Positions 35,066 to 49,100 are shown, numbered from the whole stretch's first letter. The stretch: DNA of 49,833 nucleotides, filler included, from Sphacelaria rigidula (GCA_964200075.2; 3 parts of 3 records of this genome joined end to end with filler, not necessarily neighbours in it), one strand, 5' to 3'. The notes: generated from the letters alone by a model not told the origin. A program made the numbers and translations.

Positions 35066-36395
35066 GGTTGGGGTTAGGGTTACTGGTGCGCTTGTTGATA
35101 CAGTAGGCGTGTGCACGTGTACTATCGGTACAGTCGTACGCCAAACGGGTTGACTTTCGGATCATGGCATCAGCACGAAGTTCTTCCGACTCCCAGACAA
35201 GAGTGCATCACGAACAGTGCACACAGCTTCCACTACTCCTGTGCTTCCCAGAAAACATGCCATGTCGTGTCATGGTCGTACAAGCGCAATCCTTCCTGAC
35301 TTGCTGTAGAACAATACTGATGGGTTACCTCACCTTCCAAATCGAAGTAGGTGAGGCGAGTCATGATGCTTGTTGCTTATGAACGGTGTCTAGAAGAAGG
35401 ACTTGCTTGGATCTGATTTGAGGTAGGTGCGTCACACGTTACAAGGGCGGGTTTCAACGGACGGTGCAGACAGAACGGGCACAGGGGCAGTGGGACGATC
35501 GTACTGTATGAGAAAGACACGTGGATACGAACTGCCGAAGAGGACGCGGATGTACTCCATGAAGGGCGATTGACGGCGAGGGCGTGTCTTCCTCGTGTGT
35601 TCCGCGAACTCAGAATACAACTTCTCTACAGACTACAGAAAGCAGCATGACAAAACACTGCTGCACCCCCCTTACTGTCGGGAGTTTCGATGCTACTGCT
35701 ACCAGTGTACAATCGCAATTGAGGATTGTTCCGTAGGCGGCGATTCCGACACATGGTGCCAAGATGGTGCCATTCCTTTTGTCAAAGCGGTGGACAATGG
35801 CGCAAGGTGCTTCTATGCTTTGACAAAATCAAATGAATTCTCCATCTGTCATCGCGTGCGATTAATTTTCACTTGCGATTGGATATCGGCACAGTCTGCG
35901 CTTCACGGTAACTGTCCAGTCACACCCATCACACGCCACCGTCCCTTGCCCCTTGCTCATGAACCCAACACTACTTTGCACTGCACATCACCTGGTATGA
36001 CAGAATGACGTTGTTTGCCGAGTCTTGAGAGTTGTATCGAGAGATGTGTCGAGAGCTGGATCGAGAGTTGTCCCTCTGTTGAGTGAGGCGGTGGGGATTG
36101 AGGAGAACGGATCCACCGTTAGACTTTTACTCTGGATCAGTTTCTCCCACAAAACGCCCCGCACAAACCCCCGCGGCACGATTGAGGACAGAATATAATT
36201 ATTTGCTACTGGGCGGGTAGATTGTCTTCACATCTTGCTGTTCCAGGTTCACAGTTTGTTAAAGAAAATGCGGAACATGAGGAACTCCAGGGACGGTAGG
36301 AGAACTCCAGGAACGGTAAGGGGGTAAATAAAGCGGGACGCGGCATCAGAGGAGGGAAAAGTATTCCGATGGCGGTGTCGAATAGTAAGGGGCAC

Positions 36396-36514
36396 ACCCT
36401 GGATAACATACATGATGGTTAATAGTTAATAATTGCAATAGGCCTATGGTTCACGCAGTGCGTTGTTCGTCTATTGCAACTACAAGTATTGACTATACAT
36501 ATGTTGTCCAGGGT
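36396..36514. mobile_element. Fold-back MITE, copy 2
   Basis: ACCCTGGATAACATA...TATGTTGTCCAGGGT termini and TTGCAATAG/CTATTGCAA motifs, as in 11620-11786. Confidence 0.6.
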
Positions 36515-36720
36515 CCGCAAAATGTATAATATCGGGTACAATAAAAGAGACGGTGGTCTGTATTCCATTCAGATCTTCGGAATAAAAAAAACAGGAAGGT
36601 CGCATGAGTACGTCGCACCACTCTGGACCGAAATATAGTAGTCAGCATCAGAAGTTTTCAGAATTCGTAGTTGTCCTTTTCTCTGAGTTTTTCTGGAGTA
36701 CTATTCTTCACTACTACTTG

Positions 36721-37200
36721 AAAGTGCTAGCGCCGGTAGATTGAGGGAGAAAGCGCAGGCCGCGCTCAAACTGCAGTGCTCACCTTGATGTTTTTGGGGC
36801 GATACGGACTTGACACCCCGTTTATCAGGAGGGTGTTATTGACCGTTTTTGGTACAATATAAGCAGTTTTCCCGCTCTTCAGCGACGGAACGGTAAATAG
36901 TCAGATAAATTACCAAGTATAAAATTCTTCACAACAACGATCGAAATCGTGTTTCCCTCCTATAGTGCACAAACCTCAGTGTGGCATTTTTTGCGGATGG
37001 CCTATTTTCGTTTTTTTTTCGCATAACATTGTTCATGAGCACTCGAAAGTGCTAGCATCGATAGTTTTGGCAAAATAAGCAAAACGTGCTCAAATCACAA
37101 TCGCCCAAGTTGGAATGCGGGGGCGATACCGGGTAAAGACCCCGTTTATCAGGAGGGTGTTATTTACCGTAAATGGTTCAAGAAACATAGTTTTCCTGCT
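36721..37200 (+). repeat. Diverged ~325-bp-period direct repeat inside a probable non-autonomous DNA element (~36571-37341)
   Basis: AAAGTGCTAGC and an identical core ACCCCGTTTATCAGGAGGGTGTTAT occur at ~36815 and ~37139; short GATCTTCGG/CCGAAGATC termini, the right one followed by GGTTAA. Confidence 0.6.
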
Positions 37201-37670
37201 TTGGCGCAGTGACTAGGTGGAATTTCAAAAAAACGATTATTTTTGAGTCTTCACTTACATAATCCAGATCGAGTCGGTCCACCGAAAACACGTAAAAGCT
37301 CAAGCCTGGGGTCGTACTTTTGCTGGACCCCCGAAGATCGGTTAAGCCCGTAAGTCACTCATGATTGATCGNNNNNNNNNTTGTCGAGAGGATCCAAATA
37401 TCTCCGGATGCCCGTTTTTTGGCATCCAACAGTCACTGTGATGAGCTGTGGCAAGCAAAACGAATTTGGACAATCTTTGAGAAACTAAGAAATCTGCATA
37501 CTTCTGACACTGACTACTGTAATAACAAGTGGCCGGTGCGGACCTGCCTGGTGATGCAAAACAGTCGTTTCCCTTGAATTTTGTAGACGCAGGCTCGAGC
37601 CCCGGCATCGCTGAGCCCTTCTCCCTTTTCCACTATTTGAGAAAGGGGGATTGCTGAACACCTCTTGCCT

Positions 37671-37806
37671 TAAATAAGGCAAGCACCACAGAAGGAAGGT
37701 GGAGTACTAAGAACAAACGAAAAAAAACTTCTGTGCTGGCCTTGCTCCTGTGTTACCCCGGCTGATCCGCCCGCATCTACCGAGGGTATAGACCGGCGTC
37801 CAGAGT
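37671..37806 (+). mobile_element. SINE family A copy 4 (partial, opposite orientation)
   Basis: AAATAAGGCAAGCACCACAGAAGGAAGGTGG...CTCCTGTGTTACCCCGGCTGA is the reverse complement of the family A body. Confidence 0.65.
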
Positions 37807-37836
37807 AGTCTGTTTGAGACGGTACCTCCATTACAC

Positions 37837-38325
37837 AGGCACCGTAGGTGAGGTACCCTACCAAGCGTATTCCCGGTATTTACCGAGGTATCCTATACCG
37901 TGGTATGCGTAGATATGACATTTCGAAATACTGGATTGGGCGGGTACGGCAGGTATTGATATCTCGAAATACCCTGGTATCGTAGGTATGACATTTCAAA
38001 ATACCGGATTGGGCGGGTACGGTAGGTATTGAAATCTCGAAATACCCTGGTATCGCAGGTATTGTAGGTATGAGATTTCAAAATACCGGATTGGGCGAGT
38101 ACGGAAGGTATTGAAATCTCGATATACCCTAGTACGTAGGTATCGTAGGTATAAGATTTCAAAATACCGGATTGGGCGGGTACGGTAGGTATTGAAATTT
38201 CAAAATGCCCTGGTTCCGCTGGTATCGTAGGTATGAGATTTCAAAATACCAGATTGGGTCAGTATCGGTAGGGTATGAGATGTCCCGAACACCGGTACTG
38301 GGTACCTACCTTACCTGCGGTGCCT
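37837..38325. mobile_element. TIR element with an internal 73-82 bp tandem array (~4.5 units)
   Basis: Termini AGGCACCGTAGGTGAGGTA / TACCTTACCTGCGGTGCCT; unit TTTCAAAATACCGGATTGGGCGGGTACGGTAGGTATTGAAAT starts at ~37921, 37994, 38076, 38157 and 38238. Confidence 0.75.
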
Positions 38326-39629
38326 ATGCTGTATTCCTCGGGGGTCATCAGTTAATGCACAACAACAAATACACTACGATCAATCAACCAATCAACCGCT
38401 CCAAGCACTCAAATCCGGGCAATTGCTAGCACCTAGAGGTGCTCTTTGAGGGCTCTCACGTCTTGGTCGTCGGCGTTCCTCGAGCAAATTACTCGTTCGT
38501 AGTAAAGTGATTCCACTGCTCTTAGTACCCCACAAGGCATGCTGCGAGGGCACTAGAAGGTAGAGGATCATCTTGAGTCCATCTATGCAGATACAAACGT
38601 TTGTGACTTGACTTGAATATACAGATGCTCCTGCACCAGTATCCCGATATTTTCGCAATTGAAAGGTTGATTGCCCTATGCCCAACGAGTCAATACACGA
38701 GCTCTGGTTATACCGATGTAAGCGAAAATCTTGACATACCTGGGTGGAATGCTGGTACATGTTGGTGCACAAAGCGGTACGTCCCGCTCAAATAAGGGGA
38801 GAGGGAGACGGGGGGGGGAAGGGTTAAAGTCCGATGTGAAGTGAAAGTAAAGGGCTACTCTTGTGATGTATTTGCAACGCACTACAGTATAATGGGATTG
38901 AAATGGTCATGAGGTTTGACTCGTGTCTATAATCATAATGACAAGGGTATGAAATTAGCTGTTTCCCTGTCCTGCCTTTTTCCTTTTTCCGGTTACCTGA
39001 TGTCTGACTTAATTTACCCTGCACGTGAATCCGCTCAAGCCCGTGTTCATATATGTAACCATGCGTAGCACGCCTTGTCCTTCAAAGAGGGCACGAGAGA
39101 GGGGAGAGGAGGAAACTGGGGTCAAACATATATTGAAGCACTTGGAAGCCCGCACGTAAGGACATCTGCGTCTGATGGTCATGTTATCACGCGAATGTGA
39201 TGGCGACTCAACCGATGAGACACGGCAGGGAGGCCAACGAGTTCTGGTGTTACCGTACTTGATTCACGGAGTTGTTCTTCCACCCCAGTATACCGTCTTT
39301 CCCGTTCATTCCAAGGTAGCTGGGGTAGAGTAGATCCTAATGCTGTACTCTCCACTCTCAGGGTATTTGGAGTACATGATAGTCCATGGGTACTCAGGGT
39401 ATCGAGTACCGAAAATTCTCGGTATTTTGATCGACTGTCGAGCATACTTAGTCTTCATCCGGAGGACCAAGGGTATCAACCGAAAACCTGGGGTACGCCA
39501 AGGGTGTATCCCACTCTCATCAGCTTGGTGAACTTATACCCTATGAAGGGACCCAAGGTCACGAACGGAGAAATAAATGCAAGCCCTCCTATTCGCACCA
39601 CGTGAAAATGCTGCTGCGATGGGTCACAG

Positions 39630-41558
39630 GTCGCAGAGGAGACTTCGGGCATGGCAGACGGCGTGATGGAGCGATTATACGGACAGCGACAAGCGCTGGA
39701 ATCTTCCAACGCACGGGTGAGCGAGTGCGAGTGGATCCCTCCATTTAGAAGTGCGCACCCTGTCTAACGGGCGGTGCCGCCGCGTCCCGGTGGTGTATCT
39801 GGTATAATAAACCACCGGTTGAGGCGTTAGATTGTGGTTTCATATCCCGGCACAGCACGTTTTTTTGTTCGAAGCACCTGATTTCCATCGTTGAAAACCC
39901 GAGTTCGTGAGCACCAGAGACAATTGGTTTGGCCGGAGTCGACGCAGTGTGGGATTGCTGATGGTCATGATCCATATCCGCGACACCAAAATGTAAAAAA
40001 AAAAAAGTGTGTACCGGGCGGGGGAGAGATGGGCTGAAAGTGAGACGGAAGGAACAGGGTGCCACGCGATAGCACTCGTGTTGGCTTCGAGCGGATGGAG
40101 CGACGTCGGCCACACGGACAATCCGCCCCTTGCGCCATTGGAGGTACAGTATGGGGAGGTCAAAGGTTAAAAGTTGCGCCCTACTTTCTTGGCTATTGCC
40201 GTCAAGCGTTCTTTGTTCTTGGCATCGTGGTACCATGGTGTGTTTTTACGTGAAATATGATGCAGAACTAGCGTGCACGAGAGCACCATAGTTCGCGCAG
40301 TCTCTCAGAAGTTCGGAGGATACCACTCCCACATGAATGATAATCACGGATGACTTCTTTTTTTGGCTATTGAAAGGCACAGTATTCGGGGGTCACCCAA
40401 AGTGCGTCTTGCGTCCTGTTCCCCCCTCCGGCAGTTGAACAGCAATTTGCGATGTGGCCAACGGATGGCGACTTCACCCACTGGTTAAATGTGATGATGG
40501 AAAAATCTCGGAGGTTGTAACAGTTGTGATCGTCGCCGGACCCTATCAAGCTCAATTAAACGCCGTCGCACACAGATATGATTCACACGAGTGCTATGCG
40601 GGGTAGGTGGCTCGGTCGTGCTCAGAGCCGAGACTTGCTAGCACCGCCGACGTGCAAGTCACGGTCTTCGAAACAAATCGACACGCAACGAAAATAAATA
40701 TCGCGATAAACCACGCGAAAAAAATTTCTTCGAGCAAAAATCTCCGACCTTCGGATTTTTGCCTAAATCAAGACCCAAACGGCACGCTTTTACCCCTGCT
40801 ACTGTAGATGTTTATCTATAAAATCTTCAATGCACTTTTCATACACCGCGTTGGCGAAGGCTAAATTTTGCAATGTGTATGACTCCTGAAATGATGAGAG
40901 ATGTGGAGAACCGCGTCGTGCGTTGTCTCCGTCAATACCGTAACTCGTAGGTGATTATAGTCGATTTTTCGGGTCCCACCCAGAATCTGGTGATAAACAG
41001 GCAGAAATCGGCAAAGCCCCCGGAGTCGACGTCTCGCACAGTTAATCGTACACTGCACGCCTCATGCTGCAATATGAGATTAGGTGGCTTTCAAGAGCCA
41101 ACATCAGAAGGCGTCGGCTGAAGCTGAACGCTGAGACTGTCAGCTTCCAAGAAATACTTCTATTTTTTTCTTCCTGGGCATGAGTGATAGGCCTACGAAT
41201 GCAATATATGAATGACGATTCGTCAACTCTCCGTTCTTCCCTCTGTATAGTACCGTACAAAAATGCGCTCCAGTGGAAAACAGTGGTGCAATAGTCCTTG
41301 TTTTGCATTTGTAGTCTGCGTTTGGTGTTTGAAATATGAACCCCGCGCACGCCGCCCCTGTCGATTGTTCTGTTTTGGTCGTTCGCATAGCTAGGGGAAA
41401 TGCGAGGGATGACCGAAGAAGCTCGTTTGGCGTTGAAAGATATGGAGCGCAAAGCCGTCATGCAGAAGATTTGCCTCTACTCCACCATCGGAGTGTTGTC
41501 GATACTTATTCTATTGGTGGCGTACCGAGAACTCACAAACGGCGGGAATCTGTTCTGA
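39630..41558 (+). CDS. VTI1: Qb-SNARE, VTI1-like (last two exons; 5' exons not located)
   Basis: Exon 39630-39716 (cacag|...|gtgagc) gives VAEETSGMADGVMERLYGQRQALESSNAR. Exon 41391-41558 (catag|...TGA) gives LGEMRGMTEEARLALKDMERKAVMQKICLYSTIGVLSILILLVAYRELTNGGNLF. The join is phase 0. The heptad SNARE motif has ET and a zero-layer Q (QR..L), followed by a basic juxtamembrane stretch and a C-terminal TM anchor. Confidence 0.8.
39788..40180 (+). mobile_element. SINE family B copy 2 (SNARE intron)
   Basis: Head GGTGGTGTATCTGG with a degenerate box B; shares ATGGTCATGATCCATATCCGCGACACCAAAATG with 12670-12705 (reverse complement). Confidence 0.55.
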
Positions 41559-44500
41559 GGACGTCTAGATGTATCCTGCGAGGATAGGTCACCAAGATTT
41601 TTGTATGGAGCTTCCTAACTCGAAGCTGCTGGCTAATATTGGTGTGCTTGATTCTTCAAACCTGCAAAAATTTCATTTTTTCGTGTACTACCCACGATGT
41701 TTTCATTTTTTCCTTGTTTTTCATTTATAGAAATGTGGTGACAAGCTCTGCCCGGTTGGTGTACTCGCTTGTTTTTCGTGCGGTGCTGACTCTCGCCTTG
41801 GTGATATCAGTACTACAGTACTACAGTATGTCGTCCACGTAAACGGGTTGCTATCCGCTGCATTTGCAACAAAACGTTGATGCGGTAGGTGTGATCGTGA
41901 GTGTTGTCGTTTTCCTCGTCCTTGTTGTTTCGGGCGGTACAGTACATGGGTTGGTTGTTTCGTGAACTTGATTTTTTTGGTGGTCATGCTCTAGTGTCGT
42001 TCTTGCTGTCAAGTAATGTTTGTTCTATTTTCGTATTCCCATGGGAATCTGCGCCCGAAGGTGCTGTGTATACAAGAAAATTGCTGACGTTTCCTATGCG
42101 TCCACGACGTTGCTGTCGGCCCTGTTTCATGTGCCTTCTTTTGTACCCGATGAGTGTCGGGTGTCCCCCAGTACTCGGTCATACCGCCGAACACCGAAGA
42201 AGTGCAATCCCGCGTCGCCTAGTAGCGACTTGTGCCGACAGTGAGCGTTTAGACTCATCACTACATCACCCATGGACACGGTTGAGTCAACAGCCGCTCG
42301 AGTATCTCGGCTCCAACTAGGATATCCCGGTGCCAACGGGATACTCGCGACTCGGTGGTCTGAAGCACCAGCGGTTCACGGCTGTGGGGCTGAGCTGTGA
42401 GCCCGTGACCGCGCCACAGACAGAAGTGTTGAAACATCTCGCAGTCGCGCGTTTATCAACGAAGTGCGTGTTGAGTATGCGAATGCATTGTTTAGCAGTT
42501 CTATTTGGCTCGTGTTGCGTGTAGTTGTGTCCAGATACGATGCACAACGGCAGCCAGGTGTGGCTGTACTGAAGCACCAGACATGAACACCCCACACAAA
42601 TACCCGCCTCCCCCCCCCCCCCCTCCCCCCGAGCATCTTCTGGTTGCCGAGTGCGTTTACGGAAATGACAGATGTTTAATGCACAAGAGTGTACGGTCTG
42701 CGTTCTTACATTTTCACCTCACTCTCTCGGGCACTCAGACTGTTCGCTCGTAACTTGCCAGTCTACGAGAACATTTCAGCATTTCTCGGGGCCCGGGACG
42801 GGGGTAGTAAAGTACAACTCTGAAGACGACCACCTACCCAGAAATGGTAACTTTTCTACCTTGCATGCTGTTTGCGACGCGAAATGGCGTCTTTACCCTG
42901 GGCCACCTGCTCCGTCTTGAGCGCCAACTCTTGGCTAGTGCCTAGCTAGCGCCTATAGTAGCTAAGAACCGTTCTGCCACGGTTGAACGCCCACTTTCAA
43001 TACAATAAGCTGAGCGCGCCACAAATACCGAGCTCGGGGGGGAAAAGAAACAGATGAGAGGAACGAGTGTTGGTCCTCTAGCTCATCGTTTCTGAACCCC
43101 AATACCTTGATAAATCAAGATGTACTGAACATCTTATCGGAACTAATTGCGGCACAAGGTACTCAACAAGTCGACGTCAGTGTCGATAAGAGCCGAGGTT
43201 TCCCCAGCCGAGCTAGAGGAGAAATAGTATGGATTGCTCAGATGTGGATTCTCCCTGAGCTTGCCGATCTCAATACCCAGCGCGGAACGATAATTCGTGA
43301 AGCGGTGAGAAATAGAGAATCGTCCGAGCAGTCGCATTTCGGAAACTCGCGATTACCACAATGGTCTCCGAACCCTCCCAAATCACGACGTTGACTCCAA
43401 ATGGCCCTCTCCACCCAGAGTACATCACGTCGCGTTACACACATGCTGACGGAGAGGCGGTGACGGGAATCCAAGGCCACGAGAGTATCCCCCCCCCCCC
43501 ACCCTTCCCGTCTTCAGGATGTAGGTGTAAGTGCGGGTGAGAATCCCCTGCCCCCCCCCGCCCCTCGTCAACCATGTGGTGGTCTCCCGCGCAAGTTCAG
43601 AATTTCACACAACGTCGAACAAATTTCATGACAGGAGTGTAACTGCCTACGCCAATGCCTCACTCACACCGGAGACACGGTAGCCATGGATTCCGCGATC
43701 GAAGGGGGCTGTAATACCCCATCTGTTTTTCTCGTGATCCCCTGCACATCCATTTCCCACTCCCCGGTTCAACGTCGCTTGAAAAACACTGAGTTCTGCC
43801 CACTTACTCCCACAAAAACGCCTCTCCGACACTACGCGTCCACGGAATCCTCAGATGCGAATAGCCTGACAGTGTGATCACTTGCACTGTTGTGTATTTA
43901 TGGTGCGCCAATCGAACGAAACATATGCTCACCAGCGAAAAACTGCGGGGAAGGCCACTTGTGGCATGAAACATGAAACATGAAACAGATACGAAGGTGA
44001 GAACGCCTACTAAGTGTACATACATGCCTACAATCTACAGTACAAACATATTTTCACGTCTTTCCCTTGCAGAAGCGAGGGGTTATATTGAAAGTAGCAC
44101 ACCGTATTTATTGCTTCACAACACACGTATGTCCCGAAAGATACCTACCTGAAGCTTGGAAACCCCTTCGGTCATAAAAGGCCGCGACTTGAATAGATGA
44201 AAAATCAGAGTCTATTTGTGTCAAAGATAATTTAACTGATATGGCGGTTAACAACTTCATCAAAGACGTATATCAAACTCGGGATTCCCGGTATATTTCA
44301 CAACAATTTACAGTTGAACATATCGAAAACCTCGAGTTTGAGATACCTCTTGTGACGAGACATCATGTGCCGTTGCTATCGATGGGAGAAAACCTGGGAA
44401 TAACCACATGGCATTCAACACGCGAACCGTAGCAACTGCTGATCAGTGATGGGAGAGCCAGCTGCGCACCCCATGACGTATGAGCCAAACACCGCAGGCG

Positions 44501-45224
44501 TGGCACCCATTTCACGCTCCCTTGCGAATTCTCGTCAAAATGTGCCCCCGTTCTCATTTTTTTTAATCCCCTACCTAGCCATTAATTTCTGTCAGGGCGT
44601 GTCTTAGCGCATTGTTTTTCGATCGACAGTGTGCGGTGGAAAAGGAAAACTCCGATCTGATAACCCATGGTTTCAACCATGATCGTACTTTATTTTGAAG
44701 ATGGTGAAAATCACGATCCATCAGATGGGAATTTTTGTTTTCCACCTCATGCTTTTCGATCGAAAAATGATGTGCTGAGACACGGCCTGAGAGTGTTGTC
44801 GGGGGCGATGAAAATGGGGCATCAGCCGTTAGACAATAAGAAGGATAAAACAACTGAGAACATGAAAATCACCGGGCATGGCCATTCTCAGTCTCATTCT
44901 CACCGTGCGGCCTTATCTATTTCGTCTCGTTTAACCCCTTGGCCGCGAGTGTAGGACATCTGTTAAATCAGCATCAATTTCACTTGAAAAATAAATGCAT
45001 GGCCAGATGACCTACCCTCCTCGCAGTCAAAGGGTTCAGACGGGACCTAACGCAAAACTACTGAGGGGATATCGAGAATGTCACGGGATATACGTGTAAT
45101 AATGTAGGTAGCCGAGAGAAAGTCCAGAACTGCCTGGTTCCACTACTCGTTCTTCTCCGTCCTTGGAACACAATATGACAGCTCTTGAATACGAAACTCG
45201 ATCCAACGGAATCAGCCCGATCAC

Positions 45225-45255
45225 GTTGTTGTTGTTGTTGTTGTTGTTGTTGTTG
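45225..45255 (+). repeat. (GTT)10 microsatellite
   Basis: Directly visible. Confidence 0.95.
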
Positions 45256-46106
45256 CCGTCTTCACATTAAAAACCGTTCCGATATCTGCGCAGTACATTC
45301 GTACTGGGCACCTGATGCGGATGCCTTCCGTGCGGTCACAGGGTAGCTACCTTTAGTAAGGTATCAGGAAATCAAACAAACAAGAAAAAACAAAACAGAC
45401 CTAGATTAAAACTCACAAAACGCGATACAAGCAAAATAGAGATAAATAATGAAGAAGAAAGAAAATACATATGGCTAACCTCAGAAGATCCGGTGCCGCG
45501 GGTGGCCATTCGGACTTCAGGGGTGGCACCCGGCTTTCCAACTCGATGCGCGAGGCCAAGTAGGAATGGACATAGGGTCCGACTACGAGCGAGACTCAAG
45601 GCCCCAAATACCAACCAAAGGACTAAGAATCGCAAGGTTCCATCTTTCGACCTCTCGAGGGGCAGCCATACGTACAAGCATACAATGTGTAATCAAGACA
45701 TACACTGCATGGCATAACGACACCCCTCATCGGGGGGGTGCACTGAGGAATCTCACGGGAAACACAGAGAACAAAAGTAAGGGTACAAATCCAGTAATGA
45801 CAACCGTACACCGCATATGTCCCTCTGTACAGATTGTGCGCTGGCTTCATGCTGCTGTCGAAATGGCCTTTTATTGCTGCGATACCGGTGTCTTTTTGCA
45901 CAGATGAAGCAAAATCGAAAACTGAGGTATCGCGGCAATCGTTACACTCGCATAGAGAATCTCGAGATGTTATGATATATTGTCGTGATTAAATTCTCGA
46001 CTTGCAACCCAATTGGCACGAGGAAACATCCAATAAAGGTTGGACAGTCAACTCATCACGCAGACACCAGACTCAGCGCCCGCGTTTCCCCGCCGTGTGT
46101 GATTCC

Positions 46107-49100
46107 CTAAATTCCCGAATTTCCCCATGCAGAAAACATGGCCGACAAGACGGATCTTGGAGGGGATCTCGTTTCCGAATAACCTTCTTTGGTCTCGCCG
46201 CCTTGAGAAACACTCTCGGTTTGTACTTGAGAAGTTTCTTTTCTGCGGTGTATCCGGCCTGTAGCAGTCGAGTCAACGGCGGTATTATTGTCGGCTCCCC
46301 TGTCACTCTTGTCGATGATTTCGGTGAAGTCTTTACACGTTCGTGTGCCACTGTCCGTGCTTGCGGGGCTGATTGACATTGACGGCACAGACCACGCAGA
46401 GAGTCGTGGATCGTCGCGGCCGTAGTCGCGGTCGCCGTTGGTGCTGCTTTTGCCCTCGTTGTCGGCATCCTCGTCGTCTCCATATTCAGTCAGAGTGTCA
46501 CCATCGTCGTCATCAACATCATCACCGCCATGCTCGTCGTGAAAAGCAGCAGCACCATCCAGTCCGTTCGGTGCTCTTTCTTCACTACTGGATGACGACA
46601 CACCGGATGGAAATCCTCCATCATTATACCCTCCCTGTTCCGAATTGTCGGTAGCGTTATCAGGAAAGGTATAGACGCCAGCACCTGCTCTCGTCTGGCG
46701 TGTAATCGGAGCTGGAAACCCGAATGCCCTTCGCCCACCTTTAATTGTTCGCCATCTGTGATCGATCTTTGCTTCTCCACCGATTTCCGTCGCGTCAATA
46801 TCGCCCCTCTCTCGAAAATCTGGGTCATCTGGAAATCTCGATTTCTTCTCAACCCGGGGAATATTTTTCATGTGTCCCACTACCTCACGATGTTCAACAT
46901 CACTTTTCCTCATGGCCCACTGACTTCTCCCACTCATAATACGAGCGGTAGTGGTGTTCGTAGCACACGTTGGACTATGCGGGTCGTCCCTGAGATCGGG
47001 CCCGAGACTGTCATTTGAGCCATCAATGGCACGGTCGAATTTGCCTCGATTTCCGGTCGTTCTCACAAATAGATTGTTCTGACTAGTACTTTCCTCGCCA
47101 ACACTACCCCGTGACTTGTGACTGGGTGGGGGCGGGGCGCAGACTGATCTCCGTGATGAAAACGCCTTGGTGGGATCGAAACCCTCCACTAACACGACTA
47201 GCTCCTGACCTGGCTTGAGAACAGAGCGCACCGGAGCCTTTTCAGGCAGAGGTGGATATTGTACCCATTTCTGGTAGCAGGAAAGACAAGAAATGCGGCA
47301 CGGGACCGTAACTCAGTATCGAATACAGTAGAGTTGTTGGAAAGTGAGTCAACATGCGGGTCCTAAGGGAAGCAATTCGGAGGCATTTCACCGCGAGGGG
47401 ACTGCTGACTGCCGTTCTCCAAGTTATTGAAAGTCAGCAATGTTGATGTTGGGTTTCGTGCCATCCGACAACTATTCGTTTTCCTGAAGTTGGTGGTACT
47501 TCGGAAAACCCGACAAGCGCTTTCAAAGTGACGCCGTGCTATGCCCCCTCGCATGGATGTCTGTATTTGTGAATGGTGGCACACGACCACGGACCAGTAC
47601 ATACAGTGGTGGATTTCTACGACTTCTCTGTCGATGTTTCCCATATGCATGTTTAACTGTCCATAATTTCGACTCCGGCGCACCCCCGTACCCCATTTCA
47701 GAGCAGTAAAAGCACTTTTACATCGAACCGTCCACGCTGATAAGTCACTGTGGATGTACTACACGCTACATATTCCTGCCTACAATAGGGCGGTGGCCAG
47801 GTCCGGCGTGTTTGAAACCTGTCGGCCTGTTCCTTTTGCTGTCGACAAGTCTAGAGAAATGAAGAGGGTCTTCAACAACCATTGCTGCCTCCCACCCTGG
47901 GGAAAGTTGGAGAACTCTCAACATAGTATGACCGATATGGTTAGTGCCGCGTCCACCGTGGGCAGTTGCCGAGAAAACAGGATGCTTGTCTTATCTGTCG
48001 ATGACAGGTACTGAGGGCGTGCTTTATCAAATTATATTTCGATCGAAAAAGTGTGGTGAAGAAAGAAAACATCTGATCTCAAAGGTCGTCTTTCCAACAT
48101 CGACGACGTAGACCTAGATAGCGACCTATCCTGACGTATCGTTTTTTTTTGTTTTTCCGCTGCGCTCTTTCGATCGAAAAGTTGGTAAGAAACGAGCTGA
48201 GAAAGTGAAAGCAAGCGTTCAGGATTTTGGAAACGGCTTTCTGGCTGTATCGTTGAGCTTCACGCGAGAGAAAAACTAGGTTCCTATCATGCACCCTGAT
48301 ACCATGGCTGCGTTCGTCGCGGATCAGTCAATTTGCGACAATGAACGAACGAATGTAAAGACAAAATAATGAATCGATCAATCAGGCAATACATGCTTCA
48401 TTCCAGAGGAGGGTTGTGACAACAGCGTGTCTAACATAAGATTCGGAAGGAAATGTCAACGCAAAGTCTAAGGTGATGGAACGAGACACCAGCCCAAAAT
48501 ATAGCAGATAGGGCACATCACCACACTTATTCAACATACGTTGCCGACCCTGTAACATGTAACATGCACTCACAGACTCACCCCAACCTGACTATCACTC
48601 GTCGCCCCATCAGGTGGTCGTTGTTGTACAAGTCTCGGCTTGAGGGCCAAACCACGGTTGCTCAACAAGGGCGGGTTTTCCCTCGCGTACATCCGTAGCA
48701 CTTCTGCCAACACCCATGCGATGTCTCTCGCACCATCGTACTCCACGCTGCCAGCCCACGTTCCTGTGTATTCAAGAAACACGAATTTGAGTGAGCTTCT
48801 CCTCACATGGTCTGTTTAGCTACACGTTGCCTGACTGGCAAGCCGACGTTTCGTGCATGCAAATCACCTGTTCCTCCACTCTCCAGCGAGTTCGGGCTGC
48901 ACTCGAAAGTAGAACCGGCAGCAGCAGCAGCAGCAGCAGCAGCAGCCACGTAAGGCACATAAACGGTGAGGTTACCCCGCCATCGAGACTCCATGGTGCT
49001 GAAATTATCCCCGATTCCGTCAGAAGCAATTTCCAGGTGTCCGTCGCGGTGTTGACCAACATTCTGTCGTGCGCGGTCGATATTACCCCAGCGGCCGTGG

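Noticed and set aside
37900..38280. Regularly spaced repeats resembling a CRISPR array
   Set aside because: The sequences between cores are themselves repeated, the context is eukaryotic and there are no cas genes; it is a tandem array inside a TIR element.
41731..41842. Acceptor-like site followed by a hydrophobic peptide downstream of the SNARE stop
   Set aside because: The hydrophobic frame is out of phase with the SNARE exon; probably 3' UTR.
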